DNA from: Gemmatimonadales bacterium
GTDB taxonomy: Bacteria; Gemmatimonadota; Gemmatimonadetes; Gemmatimonadales; GWC2-71-9
NCBI GenBank assembly: GCA_035760645.1
Contig: DASTSO010000119.1
Coordinates: 47,033 to 111,032, forward strand
Direction: 5' to 3'
Length of the DNA stretch: 64,000 nt
A program made the translations under genes and the position numbers. Position 1 is the first letter of the stretch, and the number at the start of each line of letters is the position of its first letter. The notes beneath the pieces were generated by a model. It was not told the origin of the DNA. It ran no database searches and worked only from the letters and a program-made list of their open reading frames with translations. Shown one piece after another: positions 55,715 through 64,000 of the stretch.

Positions 55715-57019
55715 TCAGCTCTCGCTCTGCGCCGCCGCCGCGACCGCCGGGGGCACGGGGTAGGCGCCGACCTCCTCGGTCGCGGCGTCGTCGAACTCGC
55801 CCTCCCAGCGCGCCATCACGACCGAGGCGAGGCAGTTGCCGAGGAGGTTCACCGAGGTGCGGGCCATGTCCATGATCGCGTCCACGCCGAGGATGACGGC
55901 GACGCCCTCGAGCGGCAGCCCGAAGGTGGCGAGTGTGCCCGAGAGGATCACGAGCGAGGCGCGCGGCACCGCGGCCACGCCTTTGCTCGTGAGCATCAGG
56001 GTCAGCATCATCAGGAGCTGCTGCCCGATGGACATGTCGATCCCCGCGGCCTGCGCCACGAAGACCGAGGCGACGGCGAGGTAGAGCGTCGAGCCGTCGA
56101 GGTTGAAGCTGTACCCGGTGGGCAGGACGAAGGCGACGATGCGCTTGGGCACGCCGAGCTTCTCGAGGTTCTCCATCGCGAGCGGCAGCGCCGCCTCGCT
56201 CGAGGCGGTGGAGAAGGCGATGAGCCACGGCTCCTTCACCCAGCGCCAGAAGCGCTTGATCGGCACCCGGGCGAGGAGCGCCACCGGCAGGAGCGCGAAG
56301 AGCAGGAAGGCGAAGAGCGCGATGTAGAGCGTGCCGACCAGGGCGGCGAGGTTCTTGAGCACCCCGAGCCCGCTCGCGCCGATCGTCACCGCGACGGCGG
56401 CGCCGATGCCGATCGGGGCGAAGTACATGACCATCGCCGTGAACTTGAACATCACCTGCGAGAGCCCCTCGCAGAAGCCGAGCATGATCTCCTTCGGCCG
56501 TCCCGCCGGCGCCTTCGCGAGCGCCACGGCGAAGAGGATCGCGAAGAAGACGATCTGCAGCACCTCGTTCGACGCCGCCGCCTCGAAGAAGCTCTGCGGC
56601 ACCGTGTGCTCGAGCACGCTGCCGAAGGTCGGCGTCTTCGTCACCAGCTGCTCGGCCACCGCGGTCGAGCCGTGCAGCGTGACGCCCGCGCCCGGCTTCG
56701 CGAGGTTCACGGCGAGGAGCCCGAAGAGGAGGGCGAGCGAGGTGACGACCTCGAAGTAGACGATCGAGCGCAGCGCGAGCCGGCCCACCTTCTTCATGTC
56801 GTCGCCGTGGCCCGCGATGCCGACCACGAGCGTGCCGAAGATCAGCGGCGCCACGATCGACTTGATCATCCGCAGGAAGACCGTCGCCAGCGGCTTGATC
56901 CAGGGGGCGAGGTCCACGGTGGTCCAGACCGCGTTGTCGAGGTAGCCGACGACGACGCCGACGACCATCGAGATCACGATCCACCAGGTGAGCGAAATGC
57001 TACGCAGGGTGCGCCACAT
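55715..57019 (-). CDS. Dicarboxylate/amino acid:cation symporter (DAACS, GltP/DctA-like)
   Basis: Conserved AALPLAMENLEKLGV. Start at MWRTLRSI (first base 57019). Confidence 0.85.
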   Translation of the reverse strand: MWRTLRSISLTWWIVISMVVGVVVGYLDNAVWTTVDLAPWIKPLATVFLRMIKSIVAPLIFGTLVVGIAGHGDDMKKVGRLALRSIVYFEVVTSLALLFGLLAVNLAKPGAGVTLHGSTAVAEQLVTKTPTFGSVLEHTVPQSFFEAAASNEVLQIVFFAILFAVALAKAPAGRPKEIMLGFCEGLSQVMFKFTAMVMYFAPIGIGAAVAVTIGASGLGVLKNLAALVGTLYIALFAFLLFALLPVALLARVPIKRFWRWVKEPWLIAFSTASSEAALPLAMENLEKLGVPKRIVAFVLPTGYSFNLDGSTLYLAVASVFVAQAAGIDMSIGQQLLMMLTLMLTSKGVAAVPRASLVILSGTLATFGLPLEGVAVILGVDAIMDMARTSVNLLGNCLASVVMARWEGEFDDAATEEVGAYPVPPAVAAAAQSES

Positions 57020-57116
57020 AGATATCGGGCCGGGTTGTGGGGGGAAGGGGGGAAAGGTAAGAGGCCGGGCGGGAGGGCGGGAGGGCGGGACGGCGGGAGG
57101 TGGTTCCGATGCGAAA

Positions 57117-57146
57117 CGAGCCTCCGGTGACCAAACACCGGAGGCT
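57117..57146 (-). terminator. Perfect 12-bp hairpin GAGCCTCCGGTG-ACCAAA-CACCGGAGGCTC downstream of the transaldolase gene
   Basis: On the minus strand it is followed by GUUUCG. It lies between the tal stop (57187) and the DAACS start (57019). Confidence 0.4.
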
Positions 57147-57186
57147 CGTCCATTCGAGGAGTTTCCTGCCCTCCCGCCTCTCCCGC

Positions 57187-58293
57187 CTACCTCGCCGCCA
57201 GCTCCCCCGCCTTCGCCTCGATCCCCTTGAGCAGCGAGTCGTAGCTCGCCGCGAACTTCTTCACCCCCTCGGCCTCGAGCTCGTCGGTGACGGCGGCGAG
57301 GTCGATCCCGGCGCGCGCGAGCGCGGCGAGGCGCCCGGGCGCCTCGGCCATCGCCTGCTGGATGCGCACCTCGGGGCGGCCGTGGTCCTTGTACGCCGCG
57401 AAGGTCTCGGGCGGCATCGTGTTCACGGTCTGCGGCGCCACGAGCGCCTCGACGTAGTAGATGTCGGGGAACTGCGGATCCTTCGTGCTCGTGGAGGCCC
57501 AGAGCGGCCGCTGCACGTGGGCGCCCTGCGCCGCGAGCGCCTTCCAGCGCGGGCTGGCGAGCGTCTGCTGGAAGAGGTCGTAGGCGAGCGCGGCGTTCGC
57601 GATGGCGATGGTGCCGCGGATGTGCTCCGGGTCGCCCCGCTTGTCGAGCAGGGGATCGATCTTCGTGTCCACCCGGCTCACGAAGAAGCTCGCCACCGAG
57701 TGCAGGTGGTCGATCGGCTGGCCCGCGTCGAGGCGCTGCTCGAGGCCCGCGAGCCAGGCGCCGATCACCTGCTCGTAGCGCTGCAGCGAGAAGAGCAGGG
57801 TGATGTTGACGTTGATCCCCTCGGCGAGGCAGCGGGTGATCGCCGCGAGTCCGGGCTCGGTGCCCGGGATCTTGATGAACGCGTTGGGCCGCCCGACGCT
57901 CGTCCACAGCCGCCGCGCCTCGGCGACCGTGGCCTCGGTGTCGAACGCCGCGCCCGGCGACACCTCGATCGAGACGGTGCCGTCGCCGTTGTTGAGCCGG
58001 TCGAAGGTCTCGCGGAAGTGGTCGCACGCGCCCCGCACGTCGGCCACGGCGAGCGCCTCGAAGATCTCGGCCGGCGCCTTCCCGGCGCGCACGCCCTGCA
58101 CGATGTCGTCGTCGTAGAGGTCGCTCCCGCTCACCGCCTTCTCGAAGATCGTCGGGTTCGACGTCATGCCGAGGAGGTCGTCCTCGCGGATGAGCCGGTC
58201 GAGCTCGCCCGTGGTGAGGAGGTCGCGGGTGATGTAGTCGTACCAGGGGCTCTGGCCGAGCCGGCCCAGCCCGACGAGCGGATTGACGGGCAT
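57187..58293 (-). CDS. tal: Transaldolase
   Basis: SNPTIF, IKIPGT and the Schiff-base region match transaldolase. Confidence 0.85.
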   Translation of the reverse strand: MPVNPLVGLGRLGQSPWYDYITRDLLTTGELDRLIREDDLLGMTSNPTIFEKAVSGSDLYDDDIVQGVRAGKAPAEIFEALAVADVRGACDHFRETFDRLNNGDGTVSIEVSPGAAFDTEATVAEARRLWTSVGRPNAFIKIPGTEPGLAAITRCLAEGINVNITLLFSLQRYEQVIGAWLAGLEQRLDAGQPIDHLHSVASFFVSRVDTKIDPLLDKRGDPEHIRGTIAIANAALAYDLFQQTLASPRWKALAAQGAHVQRPLWASTSTKDPQFPDIYYVEALVAPQTVNTMPPETFAAYKDHGRPEVRIQQAMAEAPGRLAALARAGIDLAAVTDELEAEGVKKFAASYDSLLKGIEAKAGELAAR

Positions 58294-58295
58294 GA

Positions 58296-60359
58296 TTACC
58301 TCCGCGTGCGCGCGAGCACGCGCTTGACGGCCGCCACCGCGTGCGCCGCGGTGAGGCCGAATTCCTCGTAGATGCGCTCGGCCGGGGCCGAGGCGCCGAA
58401 GTGGTCGATGGCGATCATCTCGCCGTCCTCCGTCACCCACTGCAGCCAGCCCATGGGGCTCGCCGCCTCGATGCCGACGCGCGCGCGGATCGCGGGCGGC
58501 AGCACCTCATCGCGGTAGCTCTGGGGCTGGGCGCGGAAGAGCTCCCACGAGGGGAGCGACACGACGCGGGCGCGGATCCCTTCGCCCGCGAGCCGGTCGG
58601 CCGCCTCCAGCGCGATCTGCACCTCGCTGCCCGTCGCGAGGAGGATCGCCTCGGGCGCGCCGTCCGCGGGGTCGCGCAGCACGTAGCCGCCGCGCGCCAC
58701 CCCCTCGGCCGCCTGGAGCTTCGTGCGGTCGAGGATCGGCAGCTTCTGCCGGGTGAGGACGAGGAACGAGGGCCCCTCGGTGCGGTTGATGATCACGCGC
58801 CAGGCGGCGATGGTCTCCGTGGCGTCGGCCGGGCGGAGCGTGACGAGCCCGGGGATGGCGCGCAGCATCGCCAGGTGCTCGATCGGCTGGTGCGTCGGTC
58901 CGTCCTCGCCCAGGCCGATCGAGTCGTGCGTGCCGATGTAGATCACCGGCAGCTGCATGATCGAGGAGAGCCGGACCGCCGGCTTCATGTAGTCGCTGAA
59001 GACGAGGAAGGTGCTGCCGAACGGCCGCAGCCCGCCGTGCGCGGCGATGCCGTTCATCGTCGCGGCCATCCCGTGCTCGCGCACGCCCCAGTGGAAGATG
59101 CGGCCCGCCGACTCGGGGCCGAAGGTCCCGCCCTCCTTGATCGTCATCCCGGTGCTCTCGCCGAGGTCGGCCGAGCCGCCGATGAAGTTCGGCAGCACCC
59201 GGGCGATCACCTCGAGCGCGAGCCCCGAGGCCTGCCGGGTGGCGAGCTGGCCCTTGTGCTGGTCGGGCGTGATCGTGGGGAGATCCCGGTCCCACCCCGC
59301 GGGCGGCTGGCCGGTGAGCCACTGCCGGTACTCGGCCGCCTCGGCCGGATACTTCTCGGCGTAGCGCGCCATCAGCTCTTCCCACTCCCGCTGCCACTCG
59401 GCGCCGCGGTCCACCGCCTCGCGCCAGTGGGCGAGCGCGTCCTCGGGCACGAAGAACGCGGGCTCCTGCGGCCAGCCCATGATCTCCTTCGTGCGCCGCA
59501 CCTCCTCGGCCCCCAGCGGCGCGCCGTGCGCCGCGGCGGTGTCGCGCTTGGTGGGCGCGGGGTCGCCGATGTGGGTGCGCATGACGATGAGCGTCGGGCG
59601 CTGCGTCTCCCGGCGGGCCCCTTCGAGCGCCTCGGCGATCGCCACGAGGTCGTTGCCGTCCGCGACGTGGAGCACGTGCCAGCCGTAGGCCGTGAAGCGC
59701 TCGCCCACGTCCTCGCTGAAGGCGAGCGCGGTGTCGCCGTCGATCGTGATGTGGTTGTCGTCGTAGATGAGGCAGAGATTGCCGAGCTTGAGGTGCCCGG
59801 CGAGGCTCGCCGCCTCGCTCGCCACGCCTTCCATCATGTCGCCGTCGGAGCAGAAGCCCCAGACCTTGTGGTCGACGACCGGGAAGCCCTCGCGGTCGAA
59901 GCGCGCGGCGAGGAAGCGCTCGGCGATCGCCATGCCGACGGCGTTGCCCACGCCCTGGCCGAGCGGGCCGGTGGTGGTCTCGACGCCCGGCGTGTGGGTG
60001 CGCTCGGGGTGGCCCGGCGTCTTGGAGCTCCACTGGCGGAACTGCTTGATGTCGTCGAGCGAGAGATCGTAGCCCGTCAGGTAGAGCAGCGAGTAGAGCA
60101 GCATCGACGCGTGGCCGCAGGAGAGCACGAAGCGGTCGCGGTCGGGCCAGTGCGGGTCGCGCGGGTTGTGCTTGAGGAAGCGGGTCCAGAGGACGTAGGC
60201 CGCCGGGGCGAGGGCCATCGGCGTGCCGGGGTGCCCCGAGTTGGCCTTCTGCACGGCGTCCATCGCGAGGGCGCGGATCGAGTTGATGCAGCGCCAGGCG
60301 AGGGCCTCGTCGAGCGAGGAGAGGTCGGGGCGGACGACGGGGGTGGCGGCGGTGGTCAG
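58296..60359 (-). CDS. tkt: Transketolase
   Basis: [14 protein letters not shown] and the TPP-binding motifs. The true N-terminus probably starts at an in-frame CTG (60357-60359) preceded by AGGAG, about 32 codons upstream of the ATG at 60263. Confidence 0.8.
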   Translation of the reverse strand: MTTAATPVVRPDLSSLDEALAWRCINSIRALAMDAVQKANSGHPGTPMALAPAAYVLWTRFLKHNPRDPHWPDRDRFVLSCGHASMLLYSLLYLTGYDLSLDDIKQFRQWSSKTPGHPERTHTPGVETTTGPLGQGVGNAVGMAIAERFLAARFDREGFPVVDHKVWGFCSDGDMMEGVASEAASLAGHLKLGNLCLIYDDNHITIDGDTALAFSEDVGERFTAYGWHVLHVADGNDLVAIAEALEGARRETQRPTLIVMRTHIGDPAPTKRDTAAAHGAPLGAEEVRRTKEIMGWPQEPAFFVPEDALAHWREAVDRGAEWQREWEELMARYAEKYPAEAAEYRQWLTGQPPAGWDRDLPTITPDQHKGQLATRQASGLALEVIARVLPNFIGGSADLGESTGMTIKEGGTFGPESAGRIFHWGVREHGMAATMNGIAAHGGLRPFGSTFLVFSDYMKPAVRLSSIMQLPVIYIGTHDSIGLGEDGPTHQPIEHLAMLRAIPGLVTLRPADATETIAAWRVIINRTEGPSFLVLTRQKLPILDRTKLQAAEGVARGGYVLRDPADGAPEAILLATGSEVQIALEAADRLAGEGIRARVVSLPSWELFRAQPQSYRDEVLPPAIRARVGIEAASPMGWLQWVTEDGEMIAIDHFGASAPAERIYEEFGLTAAHAVAAVKRVLARTRR

Positions 60360-60561
60360 GGCGAACTCCTGTGGTCGAGTGCGCGAGCGATGCGGGCGCG
60401 CCGTGCCGCCGGGGCGACGCGCCGGAACGCGGGCGCCCCGGGCGCGGGCGCGACTCCGGGAACCGCCCGAAAGCTAACCGTGCCGGGGAGGGGGCCGTAG
60501 GGGCGTGATGGCCCAGAGGGGCGGCCGGGCGGGCGCCCGGGCGGGCGCCCGGGCGGGCGGC

Positions 60562-61200
60562 CTAGGGGACCTGGTTGACCATCAGGTGGGCGTAGGGTGT
60601 GCCGGCCCACATGATCCACGAGCCGGTGCGCTTGGGCCGGGCCGAGAGGCCGGTGACCAGGGTGTCGAACGGCCAGAGCACCATGTAGTGCGGCGGGGAG
60701 ACGATCCAGCGGGTCTCCCGGCCTGGCCGGGCCCACGGGTCGGTGGCGCTGATGTCGGTGGCGCCCTGGAGCATGTAGACGATCCCGGGCGCGGTGTTGC
60801 CGGGGCGCATGTCGTGGCGCATCCACGACTCGAGCCAGCGCAGCCCCTGGGCGTCGACGCACATCGGGTCGAGCCCCGGGGTGTCGGGGCTGTCGGGGAA
60901 GCAGGTGAAGCCGTTGGTGCCGCGGCGCAGCTCCATCAGCCGGCCGAGGGAGTCGGGCGCCATGACGGTCGCGTCCTCGGTGACGTGGGGCGGACCGGCG
61001 GAGAGCGCCTGCCGGATGAGCGCCTCGAGGCCGGGGCCGAGCGACGCGGCCGTATCGTGGCGCAGCCGCGCCGTCGCGGCCGGGCGGCCGTTGGTCCGGC
61101 CCCCGCCCGCCCGGCCGTGCTGCGCCATCCCTGTCATGGGGGCCATGGGGAGCAGGCCGAGGCCCAGGGCCAGGGCGGCGCAGGGAAGGAGCGAGGGCAT
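60562..61200 (-). CDS. Secreted hypothetical protein
   Basis: Signal peptide MPSLLPCAALALGLGLLPMAP. Trp-rich globular remainder. Confidence 0.55.
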   Translation of the reverse strand: MPSLLPCAALALGLGLLPMAPMTGMAQHGRAGGGRTNGRPAATARLRHDTAASLGPGLEALIRQALSAGPPHVTEDATVMAPDSLGRLMELRRGTNGFTCFPDSPDTPGLDPMCVDAQGLRWLESWMRHDMRPGNTAPGIVYMLQGATDISATDPWARPGRETRWIVSPPHYMVLWPFDTLVTGLSARPKRTGSWIMWAGTPYAHLMVNQVP

Positions 61201-61448
61201 GCAGGGCTCGATGGTCTGGGGGATACCCGATGCGCGACGGTTCCAAGCTGGCGCGGGGTGGTCAGCGGACCGTCAAGTGGCTACGGACGCTGGCAGCGCG
61301 CCGGCCGCGCGGGCGTCAGATCGGTGCTGGATCGGCCGTAGCCGGCCCGTCAGGCTGGCGACCGCGCCCGGCGCTCCCCACATTGCAGGCGTCGGGCGAG
61401 GCGGGCAGGCATGCGGGTGCGGGACTCGAGGCGGGAGCCGAGGACGAC

Positions 61449-62732
61449 ATGAGCGCCGGGCTGGTGCTCGTCGTGGTGGTGGCCGGAGCGTATCTCGCGG
61501 CGCACCTGGTCTTCGAGTGGCTCGCCCGCCGCTTCCTGATCGTCTCGGGGGCGGAGTACCTCCTCCTCGGCATCCTGATCGGGCCGAACGTCTCGAACCT
61601 CGTTTCGGCCAGCGTCGTCTCCTCCTTCGCGCCCTTCATGGTGCTCGCCCTCGGCTGGACGGGGGCGGTGATCGGCACCCAGTTCCATCTCCCCACGCTG
61701 CTCCGGGTCCGCGCCCGCTACTCGCAGGTCGCCTTCCTCGAGGCGCTCCTCACGCTCGTCGTCGTCACCGCGGTGATGGCCGTGGGCCTCGCGGCCCAGT
61801 TCGAGCGACCGACGGCGGCGGTGCTCGAGCCGGCCGTCACCCTGGGTGCCATCGCGACCACCTCGTCGCTCTGGGGGATCGCCCTCATCACGCGGCGGCT
61901 CCGGCACCGCGCCGTCATCGTGCGCCAGCTCGAGGTGGCGGCGGCGGTGGATGCCTTCGTCGGGATCACCGCCTTCGGCCTCCTGCTCTGCTGGCGTCAC
62001 GCCGCGCCGCCGGGCCTCGCGCGGGCGCCGACGACGACCGAGTGGGCCGTGATCACCGTGGCGATCGGCGCGGTGGGCGGGGCGCTGTTCCACCTCTTCC
62101 TCCACGGCGAGCGCAAGCCCGACCGGCTCTACGTCTCGCTGATCGGCGCCCTGACGCTCGCGAGCGGTGCCGCGGCCCACCTGCAGCTCTCGCCGCTGCT
62201 GCCGACGATGCTGATCGGCGCGATCCTCATCAACACCTCGCGCAATCCCGCGACGATCCGCGACGCGCTCAACACCGTACACCGGCCGCTCTACTACGTC
62301 CTGCTCGTCTTCGCCGGCGCGGCGTGGCGGCCCACCGTGGGCGCGGCGCTCCTGCCGGTGCTCCTCTTCCTCGCCATCCGCACAGCGGCGAAGATGGGCG
62401 GTGCCGACCTCGCCGCCCGCCTCGCCGGCACCCGCGGCACGCTGGGGCCGGACTGGGGGCGCGCGCTCCTGGGCCAGGGCCGGCTCGCCACGGCGATCGC
62501 ACTCAACTACCTCATCCTCGACGGCGCGCCGCTCGCCGAGGTGGTGTTCACGGCCACCGTCGCCTCCGTGCTCCTCACCGATCTCGCCTCGGCGCGGCTG
62601 GTCGCGTCCGTGGTGCGGCAGTACCGCGAGCGCCGCGCCGCCCGTCCGCTGGCCGGCGCGATGGCGGGCCCGCCGGGGGCGGCGCCGACGGCGGCCGAGG
62701 CGAACGACTTGCCGGCCGAGGCCGCGGGGTAG
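61449..62732 (+). CDS. Cation:proton antiporter (CPA/Na+-H+ exchanger family)
   Basis: ATG at 61449 after GGGAG. 10-12 TM helices. Confidence 0.7.
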   Translation: MSAGLVLVVVVAGAYLAAHLVFEWLARRFLIVSGAEYLLLGILIGPNVSNLVSASVVSSFAPFMVLALGWTGAVIGTQFHLPTLLRVRARYSQVAFLEALLTLVVVTAVMAVGLAAQFERPTAAVLEPAVTLGAIATTSSLWGIALITRRLRHRAVIVRQLEVAAAVDAFVGITAFGLLLCWRHAAPPGLARAPTTTEWAVITVAIGAVGGALFHLFLHGERKPDRLYVSLIGALTLASGAAAHLQLSPLLPTMLIGAILINTSRNPATIRDALNTVHRPLYYVLLVFAGAAWRPTVGAALLPVLLFLAIRTAAKMGGADLAARLAGTRGTLGPDWGRALLGQGRLATAIALNYLILDGAPLAEVVFTATVASVLLTDLASARLVASVVRQYRERRAARPLAGAMAGPPGAAPTAAEANDLPAEAAG

Positions 62733-62735
62733 CCG

Positions 62736-64000
62736 ATGGGACGGGTCCTCATCCTCGCCCTGCTGCTGGGGGCGATGCGCGCCATTCTCCCGCTGGGCTC
62801 GGCGGGCGAGGGCTCGGAGACGCTCCTCGCCTTCGGCTTCCTCGTGCTCGCCGCGCACACCGTGGGCGAGATCGCCGCGGCGGTGCGGGTGCCGAAGATC
62901 ATCGGCTATCTCGCGGCGGGGGTCCTCTTCGGCCCCTCGGCCTTCGGCGCGGTCAGCCACGACGCGGTCGTCGCGCTCGGGCCGATCGGGCAGCTCGCGA
63001 TCGCGCTCATCGCCTTTCTGGCGGGTGCCGAGCTGCGCTGGAGCGAGGTCAGGGACCGGGGCGTCTTCCTCCTCAAGCTCACCGTGAGCGAGCTCGCCTG
63101 CAGCTTCGTCGCACTCGCGGCCGTGCTCTGGGCGCTGCACGGCGTCTCGCCCGCGCTCCGCGACTTCACGGCGGCGGAGGCGCTCGCGGTGAGCCTCCTC
63201 TTCGGCGGGATCGCCATCGTGCACTCGCCGGCAGTGACGATGGCGCTGCTGAGCGACACCGGCGCGCGCGGCCCCGTGGCGCGCACCACCCTCGGCGTCG
63301 TGCTCCTCGCCGACATCGTCGTGGTGCTCGTCTTCAGCGCCACCGCCGCGGCCGCGCGCGCGCTCGTGCCGCTCGCCGCGCCGGGCGAGGCGGTCTCGGT
63401 GGGGTCGCTCGTCTGGGAGATCGCGGGCGCGATCCTGGTGGGGGCGCTGCTGGGCGGGGCGGTGGCGCTCTACCTGCGCTTCATCGGGCGCGAGCTGTTT
63501 CTCTTCGCGCTGCTGGTGACGTTCCTGGGGAGCGAGGTGGCGCGGCTCGCGCACGTCGAGACGCTGCTCACGCTGCTCACCGCGGGCTTCCTCACCGAGA
63601 ACCTCACCGACCGGCTGCCGGGACCCGCGCGCGTCGTCGCGCGCGGCGGATCGCACGGCGAGGCGCTCCGGCACGCCATGGAGCGCTCGGCCGCGCCGGT
63701 CTTCGTCGTCTTCTTCGCGCTCTCGGGCGCCAAGATCGACGTCGGCGGCGTGCTCTCGGTGCTGCTGCTGGTGGTGCCGCTCGCCCTGACGCGTATCGGG
63801 GCGATGTGGGCGGGGATCCGGCTCGGCACGCGCTGGGCCCGCCGCGACGCGCCGCCGGAGACGGTCGCGGCGGCGGCGCGCTACACCTGGCTCGGGCTCG
63901 TCTCGCAGGCCGGCGTGGCGATCGGGCTCGCGACGATCGCGGCGGAGTCGTTCCCGCGGCTGGGACCGCCGCTGCGGACGCTGCTCCTCGCGCTCATCGC
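62736..64000 (+). CDS. Second cation:proton antiporter (CPA family); runs off the window
   Basis: ATG at 62736, open frame to position 64000. Not listed in the ORF track because no stop occurs. TM-rich. Confidence 0.65.
   Translation, partial: MGRVLILALLLGAMRAILPLGSAGEGSETLLAFGFLVLAAHTVGEIAAAVRVPKIIGYLAAGVLFGPSAFGAVSHDAVVALGPIGQLAIALIAFLAGAELRWSEVRDRGVFLLKLTVSELACSFVALAAVLWALHGVSPALRDFTAAEALAVSLLFGGIAIVHSPAVTMALLSDTGARGPVARTTLGVVLLADIVVVLVFSATAAAARALVPLAAPGEAVSVGSLVWEIAGAILVGALLGGAVALYLRFIGRELFLFALLVTFLGSEVARLAHVETLLTLLTAGFLTENLTDRLPGPARVVARGGSHGEALRHAMERSAAPVFVVFFALSGAKIDVGGVLSVLLLVVPLALTRIGAMWAGIRLGTRWARRDAPPETVAAAARYTWLGLVSQAGVAIGLATIAAESFPRLGPPLRTLLLALI

Noticed and set aside
1-64000. 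CRISPR arrays and rRNA genes
   Set aside because: No regularly spaced direct repeats with unique spacers, and no rRNA-like conserved segments, were seen.

Overview
This is a high-GC (about 70%) bacterial chromosomal segment, densely coding on both strands, with roughly 55 protein genes. Spurious long ORFs on the opposite strand of real genes are abundant, as is typical at this GC content. Many ORF-track entries were trimmed to internal starts chosen for signal peptides or ribosome-binding sites.

The core backbone includes:
- a secretin C-terminus plus a sigma-54 activator;
- trpF, transketolase and transaldolase;
- GluQ-RS, an AlaX-like editing protein and a cystathionine beta-lyase-like PLP enzyme;
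- a flotillin/NfeD pair;
- DAACS, MFS and two CPA transporters;
- an ECF sigma/anti-sigma pair, an OmpR-type response regulator and a REC-HD-GYP protein coupled to a multi-PAS hybrid histidine kinase.

The most notable accessory content:
- A stand-alone 1,193-aa protein (8765-12346, minus strand) has an N-terminal SIR2-like NADase domain. It sits between unusually long non-coding spacers, and its upstream spacer ends in a D-arm-less tRNA-Cys(GCA) 3' remnant (13004-13049). This is a candidate DSR-like single-gene antiphage system on an integrated island.
- An 868-bp IS5-family element (15746-16613) with an A6G -1 frameshift transposase, 20-bp imperfect inverted repeats and a CTG target duplication splits a LysE/RhtB exporter gene.
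- A family of about 200-bp multi-hairpin palindromic repeats (GGCCCC-TGAA-GGGGCC units) has three copies, all immediately downstream of gene 3' ends.
- A copper/peroxide-flavoured cluster holds a di-haem cytochrome c peroxidase, three YtkA/FixH-like paralogs, a CzcO-like flavin monooxygenase and an AraC regulator. A Cys-rich four-helix-bundle copper protein lies nearby.
- An operon of a Cys-rich HExxH lipoprotein, a MauE-thioredoxin fusion and an O-antigen-ligase-like membrane protein.
- An orphan barstar-like gene next to a Tat-secreted metallophosphoesterase-cupredoxin fusion.
- A translationally coupled pair of small unknown proteins (possible toxin-antitoxin).

No rRNA, intact tRNA or CRISPR array was found.
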